From: Gemmatimonadota bacterium
GTDB taxonomy: Bacteria > Gemmatimonadota > Gemmatimonadetes > Gemmatimonadales > Gemmatimonadaceae
Assembly: GCA_040389905.1 (NCBI GenBank)
Contig: JAZJZK010000015.1
Coordinates: forward strand, 64,001-128,000
Direction of reading: 5' to 3'
DNA: 64,000 nucleotides
The notes under the pieces are model-generated. The model was not told the DNA's origin, searched no databases, and was given only the letters and a program-made list of their open reading frames with translations. The first letter of the stretch is position 1; every line of letters begins with the position of its first letter. Below, piece after piece: positions 57,828-64,000 of this stretch. A program made the position numbers and the translations under genes.

Positions 57828-57945
57828 TTGTCACCCCGAGGGAGCCCATTCGGCTTCGCTCAGGGCAGGCTCCGCGAGTCGAGGGCTCTGCACCTCAAAC
57901 CCAGACTGAACGTACAGATCCCTCGACTTCGCTCGGGATGACAAC
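57828..57945. repeat. Family C inverted pair
   Basis: TTGTCACCCCGAG...GTCGAGGGCTCTGCACCTCA followed by CAGATCCCTCGACTTCGCTCGGGATGACAA. Confidence 0.85.
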
Positions 57946-58095
57946 CATGGCGTTGACCGCCAGAAGTGCCAGCCTCACTTCGAGCGTAGGCGGCCTGCAC
58001 CTCTCGTTCCGCATTTCTCCCGACAGACGTTTTCGTGCCGCAGCCGAGCTTGTTCCCTACCGTCGTCGGCGCAATCCCGATATATTTTCTCGGCA

Positions 58096-60273
58096 ATGAA
58101 ATCCGTCCATCTCGTTTTCCGTTCCGTGCTGCTGGGGACGCTGATCTCCGCCCGACTCCCGGCGCAGGAGCATCCGGCGCGCCGAGTGGCGAACATCGTC
58201 AGCGTTGCGGTCGAGGAATACGGCAAGGCGGTGGACGGGCAGGGGAAGCTGATCAGCGCCCAGGAGTACCAGGAGGCGAACGACTTCCTCGCTGACGCAC
58301 GATTGGCCTCAGAGCGACTCTCCGGATCGAATGCTGCTGCGGCCCGGGCGCTGCTCGACTCCGTTGCCGCCGCGGTGCGCGACAAGAAGCCACCGTCCAT
58401 CCTCGATTCGCTCGAAAAGCGCTTCGCCGATCTGCTCGGCAACGAGGCAAAGCTCGAGCTGCCACGTCTACCGCTCGACCTCAAGCAGGGCAGGCAGATC
58501 TATCAGCAGAGCTGTGCGTCCTGCCACGGCATGACCGGCCTCGGCGACGGCCCGGCGGGCGCCGCGAGTAACCCGAAGCCTCCGGCCATCGGAACCGCGC
58601 AGCACATGCTCGGTGTCTCGCCGGCCTTGATGTATCGCGTCATCTCAGTGGGAATTGCGGGAACGCCGATGGCAGGCTTTGCGGGCGCAATGACCTCGAC
58701 GCAGCGCTGGAACGTCGTCGCGTACATCAATTCCCTGCGCGCCACGCACTCGGCACAGCTCGAAGGTGAAGGTCTGTACACGCAGCGTTGCGCCTCCTGT
58801 CACGGCGTCGTGGGCACCGGTGATGGCGCCTTCGCGCGTTCGCTCACCAAGCTGCCGCCTGAGATCGGCGCCGTCACCTGGCAGCTCGAGCGCAGCGACG
58901 AACAGATCGCGCTGGCGATCGCCGAGGGCATACCGAGTACCGCAATGCCGCCGTCGGGTGACCTTTCGCCGGCGCAGGTCTCCGGTATCGTGGCGTACAT
59001 CCGCACGCTGCCGATGAAGGAGCGCAACGCGCTCGCGCAGGCGGGAGACAGTACGTCGGCCAGCTCCGCGGCGCGCAACGTTCTCGTCCTGCTCGAGCAG
59101 TCGTTGAACGCTGCGCGGAGCGGTCGCCCCGCGGACGCCGGCGATAAGGCATTCGACGCCTACATCGCCTTCGAGCCGCTCGAGACCTCGGTGCGCGCGA
59201 AGAATCCTGGGCTGATCACCTCGATGGAGCGGCAGTTCGCCGACTTCAAGGGTGCGGTGCGCACGGCCGACCTTCGTCAGGCCGAGCAGCTGCGTGATGC
59301 AATCGAAGCGTCGCTCCCCGAGGTCGTCGCACTCACGGCGCCGCCCGGAAGCGGAATCGAGGCGTTCTGGCAGTCATTCCTCATCATCCTTCGTGAGGGT
59401 TTCGAAGCGATCCTCGTGGTGGGCGCCATCGTGGCGGTGCTCATCAGGACGGGCCAGCGCGACCGATTGCGTTCGATCTGGATCGGTGTCGGCGTCGCGC
59501 TCATCGCAAGCGCGGTCACCGCCGTCATCCTGAAGACGATCCTCTCGGCGGTGCCGGCGAGTCGCGAAATCATCGAAGGGGTGACATTGCTGCTTGCCGT
59601 GGCAGTTCTATTCTCGGTGAGCTACTGGCTCATCTCGAGAGTCGAAGCCGCGAAGTGGCAGCAGTTCATCAAGGAGAAAGTCAGCGCGGCGTTGGAACAC
59701 GGTGGCGGCCGCGCGTTGGCATTCGTGGCGTTCCTCGCGGTGTACCGGGAAGGCGCGGAAACGGCGCTGTTCTATCAGGCGCTGTTCAACGAAGGACCGA
59801 ATGTCGTCATGCCGTTGTCACTCGGTATTGTCGCGGGCTTCACCGCGCTGGGCGTGATCTTCACGCTTCTGTACCGCTACGGCATCAAGATCCCGCTTCG
59901 CCCCTTCTTTTCCGTGACGAGCGTTCTGCTCTACTACATGGCGTTCGTCTTTACGGGAAAGGGCGTTCGCGAACTACAGGAAGGCAACGCGATTCCGCTC
60001 ACGGCCATCCGCGGGTTCCCACACATCGAATGGCTCGGCATATATCCGAGCTGGCAAGGCATCATCGCCCAGTTGACGCTGGTGCTGCTGTTCGCGTTCG
60101 CGCTGCTGAAGACGTTCTGGCCAAAGAGGTCGGTCACGTTGCCGACGGTGATGCCGGTGCAACCAGTGGCTGCGCCGGCGGTCACGGATGTCACCGAGTT
60201 GCGTGCTGAGAACGAGGAGCTACGGCGGAGGCTCACGGCTCTCGAGGAAGCGGTGGGCCGCGAACTCGCCTAG
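58096..60273 (+). CDS. Di-heme cytochrome c fused to an FTR1 iron permease
   Basis: Two CASCHG heme motifs, REGFE and REGAE motifs, multi-TM C-terminal half. Confidence 0.88.
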   Translation: MKSVHLVFRSVLLGTLISARLPAQEHPARRVANIVSVAVEEYGKAVDGQGKLISAQEYQEANDFLADARLASERLSGSNAAAARALLDSVAAAVRDKKPPSILDSLEKRFADLLGNEAKLELPRLPLDLKQGRQIYQQSCASCHGMTGLGDGPAGAASNPKPPAIGTAQHMLGVSPALMYRVISVGIAGTPMAGFAGAMTSTQRWNVVAYINSLRATHSAQLEGEGLYTQRCASCHGVVGTGDGAFARSLTKLPPEIGAVTWQLERSDEQIALAIAEGIPSTAMPPSGDLSPAQVSGIVAYIRTLPMKERNALAQAGDSTSASSAARNVLVLLEQSLNAARSGRPADAGDKAFDAYIAFEPLETSVRAKNPGLITSMERQFADFKGAVRTADLRQAEQLRDAIEASLPEVVALTAPPGSGIEAFWQSFLIILREGFEAILVVGAIVAVLIRTGQRDRLRSIWIGVGVALIASAVTAVILKTILSAVPASREIIEGVTLLLAVAVLFSVSYWLISRVEAAKWQQFIKEKVSAALEHGGGRALAFVAFLAVYREGAETALFYQALFNEGPNVVMPLSLGIVAGFTALGVIFTLLYRYGIKIPLRPFFSVTSVLLYYMAFVFTGKGVRELQEGNAIPLTAIRGFPHIEWLGIYPSWQGIIAQLTLVLLFAFALLKTFWPKRSVTLPTVMPVQPVAAPAVTDVTELRAENEELRRRLTALEEAVGRELA

Positions 60274-60309
60274 ACGGGCACCATCAACGGGAAAAAAGCT
60301 TCTCGTTCG

Positions 60310-60508
60310 TACCGCAGAGGACGCGGAGGAGCAGAGGTACGCAGAGGACTGCGTAACAGCAGGTGCAGCCCCAAGACTCGCTTCGCTCGCTCGGGGCGAC
60401 AGGGTAATCACTTCCGTTCGTTTTGTCGCCCTGAGCGGAGCGAAGGGTCCGCACCTTCCGCAGTTCCTCTGCTCCTCTGCGTCCTCTGCGGTAATCAGTT
60501 GCTGTTGG
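60310..60508. repeat. Family A palindrome enclosing a family C pair
   Basis: Outer IR 60310-60337/60466-60493 (27/28). Family C arms at 60361-60401 and 60424-60456. AATCAGTTGCTGTTG tail. Confidence 0.9.
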
Positions 60509-61358
60509 CAGAAGTGACTGAACCGTAAATGCCTGGCCTCCCCGCCCTCACATTCCACAACGCCATCATCCACGCGATCCCCGCGAGCACGAACACCACC
60601 GAGATCATCTGCGCGTACGTCAGTCCCGCGACGAGCCGATCGTCCTTTGCGCGGAAGAACTCCACGATGAATCGCTCGACGCCGGCCATCACACAGTAGA
60701 CACCGAACAACCACCCCTCGGCGTGCTTGTGGTCGCGCATGCGCCAGAGCACACCGAACATGACGAGGCCGAGTACAACTTCGAGCAACTGCGTCGGAAA
60801 CACCGACAGCACGGTACCGCCGCTCACACCGGCAGGCATGGGGAGTCCGAACTCATGCGCCATTGTCGCTGCCGTGGAAGCAGGGGCTCCTTCCGGAAAC
60901 GCGACGGCAAGAAACCCATTCCATGGGCGGCCGTAATCGTCACCCACCGCCCAGCATCCGGTACGACCCACGGCATACGCGGCGGCGACGGCGGGGCCGC
61001 CGACATCGAACACGCGCATGATCCCGAAGCGCTTCTTCACCACGACCGCCATAACCGCGAGCATGCCGCCGATGAGGCCACCCCAGTACACGAAGCCGCC
61101 ACGTGAGAACATCGCGTCCCAATGCTGGAGGACCACGACGTAATACAGCTTGGCGCCGAGCAACCCTCCGACGACCGCGGCGAACGTCATGTCGTTCACT
61201 GGCTCCGGATCGTGGCCGCGCCGCGCCAGCTCGCTCTGCATCACCGCCTGGCCAACGAGAAAGCACATCAGGATCGCGAGGCCGAAGCCGGTGAAGCCGA
61301 TCGGACCGAACGAGTAGGCGAACGGGTGATGCACGATGGGATGGGGCAACAGCGTCAT
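60495..61358 (-). CDS. lgt: Prolipoprotein diacylglyceryl transferase
   Basis: GGFVYWGG, GRTGC...GDDYG, PTQLLE, RFIVEFFR. Confidence 0.9.
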   Translation of the reverse strand: MTLLPHPIVHHPFAYSFGPIGFTGFGLAILMCFLVGQAVMQSELARRGHDPEPVNDMTFAAVVGGLLGAKLYYVVVLQHWDAMFSRGGFVYWGGLIGGMLAVMAVVVKKRFGIMRVFDVGGPAVAAAYAVGRTGCWAVGDDYGRPWNGFLAVAFPEGAPASTAATMAHEFGLPMPAGVSGGTVLSVFPTQLLEVVLGLVMFGVLWRMRDHKHAEGWLFGVYCVMAGVERFIVEFFRAKDDRLVAGLTYAQMISVVFVLAGIAWMMALWNVRAGRPGIYGSVTSANSN

Positions 61359-62389
61359 GCGGTCACGAGTCCGGGAATGGGAAGGGAAGCAAAGGCGTTG
61401 AGGTCGAGCGGTGACCGTTCGCCACGCTCGAGGTGAAACAGTCCCGCGCGCGCGATCATCGCGGCATTGTCGGTCGCAAGACGCGCACTGGGTGCATACA
61501 CCGTAGCACCAAAGCGCGTCATGCGCGAACGCATCGCCGCAGCGAGCGTCCGGTTTCCGGCGACGCCGCCACCCAAGACGACGCGCGTCCGCCCGTACTC
61601 ACGCACCGCGCGCGCCGTCTTTTCGACTAGCGTCTCGACGAGGGCATCGTGAAAGGCTCGCGCGATGTGGGGGTAGTCATCAGCGTTGCCACGCCGAACC
61701 GCCTGAAGAACCGCGGTTTTCAGCCCGCTGAACGACACATCGTAGAAGTCCTCGTCACCAGGCTGCTGATTCCGCCGCAACATCGGGCGAGCGAAACGGA
61801 GGCGCGCCGAGTCGCCGGTCGCCGCCAAGCGCTCGACGTGCGGGCCGCCAGGGTAGGGCAGCCCGATGAGCTTCGCGACCTTGTCGAACGCTTCCCCCGC
61901 TGCGTCGTCGCGCGTGCGACCGAGCAACCGGTAACGTCCCCACGCTTCGACGTCGAGGAGCAGCGTGTGACCGCCGGAAATGAGGAGTGCGGTGAAGGGC
62001 GGAACGGCATCCGGATGTTCGAGGGCCGTCGCGAAGAGGTGCCCTTCCATGTGGTGGACGCCAATGCATGGAATGCCGCGGCCGTACGCGAGGGCCTTGG
62101 CGAAGCTCACTCCCACGAGCAGCGCGCCAACCAGGCCGGGCGCATGCGTCACTGCCACGGCGTCGATGTCGTCCAGCGTGCGCGTGGCATCATCCAACGA
62201 CTGTTGGACAACGGGTACGATGGCAGTCAGGTGCTGACGCGACGCCAATTCCGGTACGACGCCGCCGAAGATGCGGTGCACATCCTGCGAAAGAATCACC
62301 AGGGACTCGAGCGTCGTCTCGTCGCCGGCGCCGGACAGTACCGACGCGGACGTTTCGTCGCACGACGTCTCGATTCCGAGTATGCGCAT
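61355..62389 (-). CDS. tsaD: tRNA N6-threonylcarbamoyltransferase subunit
   Basis: LGIETSCDET, HHMEGH, SGGHT, DDAAGEAFDK, SFSGLKT, TDNAAMI. Confidence 0.97.
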   Translation of the reverse strand: MRILGIETSCDETSASVLSGAGDETTLESLVILSQDVHRIFGGVVPELASRQHLTAIVPVVQQSLDDATRTLDDIDAVAVTHAPGLVGALLVGVSFAKALAYGRGIPCIGVHHMEGHLFATALEHPDAVPPFTALLISGGHTLLLDVEAWGRYRLLGRTRDDAAGEAFDKVAKLIGLPYPGGPHVERLAATGDSARLRFARPMLRRNQQPGDEDFYDVSFSGLKTAVLQAVRRGNADDYPHIARAFHDALVETLVEKTARAVREYGRTRVVLGGGVAGNRTLAAAMRSRMTRFGATVYAPSARLATDNAAMIARAGLFHLERGERSPLDLNAFASLPIPGLVTA

Positions 62390-62407
62390 GAGTGCGGGCG
62401 AACAGGC

Positions 62408-62965
62408 TCAGCGCGACGCGGACGAGTCGCCCAGCAGTCCGCTGATGAGCGCGCGATTCGCGTCCGATGTCCAATCCGCGGCGCCCCACACTTTCTTGCG
62501 AATCGTTCCCTCACGCCCGATGATGAACGTTTCGGGATAGCCGGTGATGTCGTAGTTCTGCTTGGTCTTCATCTCGGGGTCGTGCAGAATCTCGAACGTG
62601 AGCCCGAGCGACTTCGTAAACTCGAGAATCTTGGCCTCGCTGCCCGGATCATCCACGGAGATGGCGACGATCTTCAATCCGCGGCCACCGAATTCCCGAT
62701 GGAGCTTTTCGAGGCTCGGCATTTCTTCGCGGCATGGACCACACCATGTTGCCCAGACGTTCACGAGCAACACGCTGCCTTTGTAGTCGTCGAGTGTTTT
62801 CTGCCGTTTCGGCGTCGTCAACGTCACGGCGTCGATCTGCGGCGCAGTCGAGCCGACTTCCACGGGGAAGAGTTCGTCGCCGAGATAATGTGTGGCGGCG
62901 GCGAGCGTCATCGCGAGAAACACGATGACGGCGCCGACGGTCGTCCACTGCTGCCGAGCGGTCAT
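62408..62965 (-). CDS. TlpA/ResA-family thiol-disulfide oxidoreductase
   Basis: N-terminal TM, VNVWATWCGPCREEMP, GYPETF. Confidence 0.9.
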   Translation of the reverse strand: MTARQQWTTVGAVIVFLAMTLAAATHYLGDELFPVEVGSTAPQIDAVTLTTPKRQKTLDDYKGSVLLVNVWATWCGPCREEMPSLEKLHREFGGRGLKIVAISVDDPGSEAKILEFTKSLGLTFEILHDPEMKTKQNYDITGYPETFIIGREGTIRKKVWGAADWTSDANRALISGLLGDSSASR

Positions 62966-62975
62966 CGCACACTCC

Positions 62976-63647
62976 TCATGCGACGTGAGAGCAAAGTGTG
63001 CGGAGCGCGCTGATTTCGGCCCTGGGGTCGGGTGCGCTGAAGACCGCGTTGCCGGCGACGAATGCATCTGCGCCGGCCTGCCAGCATTCCCCGATGGTCT
63101 CGCGGTTGATGCCACCGTCGACCTCGACGGACGCACCGCTTCCCGCCTCATCGAGCATTCGCCGAGCCTCGGCAATGCGGCCGACGGCGCGCCGAATGAA
63201 TCGTTGGCCGCCGAATCCAGGGTTCACAGACATGACAAGGAGCAGATCGATCTTGTCGAGCACGCTCTCCACCGAGCGCACCGGCGTGGAGGGGTTGAGC
63301 GCGACACCCGCCAGACACCCAAGCTCCCGAATGCGCGAGAGTTGCCGATCGAGATGCGGCGACACCTCGGCGTGAATCGTCAGGCCGGACGCACCGGCCG
63401 ATGCAAAATCATCGAAATAGCGTTCCGGCTCGATCACCATCAAATGCACGTCGAGCGGAAGTGTGGTGAGCCGGCGCACCGTTTCGATGATTTTCGCGCC
63501 GAAGGTAAGGTTCGGAACGAATCGCCCGTCCATGACGTCAACGTGAATCCAGTCTGCGCCTGCCGCCTCGAGCATGGCGAGCTCATCGCCAAGCTTCGCG
63601 AAATCCGCACTGAGAATCGATGGCGCAATCCGCGCGGGGCGACTCAT
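62976..63647 (-). CDS. rpe: Ribulose-phosphate 3-epimerase
   Basis: IAPSILSADF, HVDVMDG, DVHLM, MSVNPGFGGQ, VDGG. Confidence 0.97.
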   Translation of the reverse strand: MSRPARIAPSILSADFAKLGDELAMLEAAGADWIHVDVMDGRFVPNLTFGAKIIETVRRLTTLPLDVHLMVIEPERYFDDFASAGASGLTIHAEVSPHLDRQLSRIRELGCLAGVALNPSTPVRSVESVLDKIDLLLVMSVNPGFGGQRFIRRAVGRIAEARRMLDEAGSGASVEVDGGINRETIGECWQAGADAFVAGNAVFSAPDPRAEISALRTLCSHVA

Positions 63648-64000
63648 GGCGCTCGACCGTCTCCAGCGACCCGCAGTGTCACCTCCGCACCCGGCGGCAG
63701 CGTAGCACTTTGCACGGGTGTCTGGGAAACGACAGCACCGCGCGTCTCGAGTGCCATCGGATCCCAGACGATCTTGATATTACGCACGCCAAGCTGCGTC
63801 AGCGTCTGCCGAGCCGCATCGACATCGCGACCGATGAGTGCCGGCATCTGGATCGATGCGACACCACCACTGAGCACGATCGAGACAGTCGTCGGCATGC
63901 TCACCTGAGAACCCGCGGCGGGACGAGTCGAGATGACGATTCCGGTGGTCACGTTGCTCGGTGCGTCCGTGACATCGCCGACGTCGAACCCCGCTTTCTC
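63644..64000 (-). CDS. PASTA-domain protein, 5'-truncated by the window edge
   Basis: GIVISTRPAAG...VSIVLS, MPALIG...ARQTL...G, VVSQTP. Confidence 0.8.
   Translation of the reverse strand, partial: EKAGFDVGDVTDAPSNVTTGIVISTRPAAGSQVSMPTTVSIVLSGGVASIQMPALIGRDVDAARQTLTQLGVRNIKIVWDPMALETRGAVVSQTPVQSATLPPGAEVTLRVAGDGRAP

Overview
High-GC bacterial chromosome segment. The gene content and style (TPR protein, many hybrid histidine kinases, ECF sigma plus Hanks kinase, TamA/TamB) suggest Gemmatimonadota, which is an inference. Most of it is housekeeping or metabolic: glcDEF, ygfZ-like, aroB, PduO-type adenosyltransferase, ferredoxin-NADP reductase, peptide ABC transporter parts, tamAB, FTR1-cytochrome c fusion, lgt, tsaD and rpe. 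I saw no rRNA, tRNA, CRISPR array or classical transposase. The most striking unexplained structure is a set of three REP/MITE-like palindromic repeat families at about 13 loci. One family forms a perfect 29-bp inverted repeat that exactly brackets a GxxExxY (PD-(D/E)xK-like) nuclease gene at 10801-11297 and recurs gene-less at 15187-15390, which suggests a RAYT/REPIN-like system built on a different nuclease. Other repeat copies are nested in each other, supply stop codons, or sit in-frame inside glcE. A small islet at 28.05-29.9 kb holds two convergent toxin-antitoxin modules: an AbiEii/MenT-like nucleotidyltransferase pair, and a Phd/YefM-VapC pair whose VapC is frameshifted and whose promoter has a YefM-type TGTACA operator.
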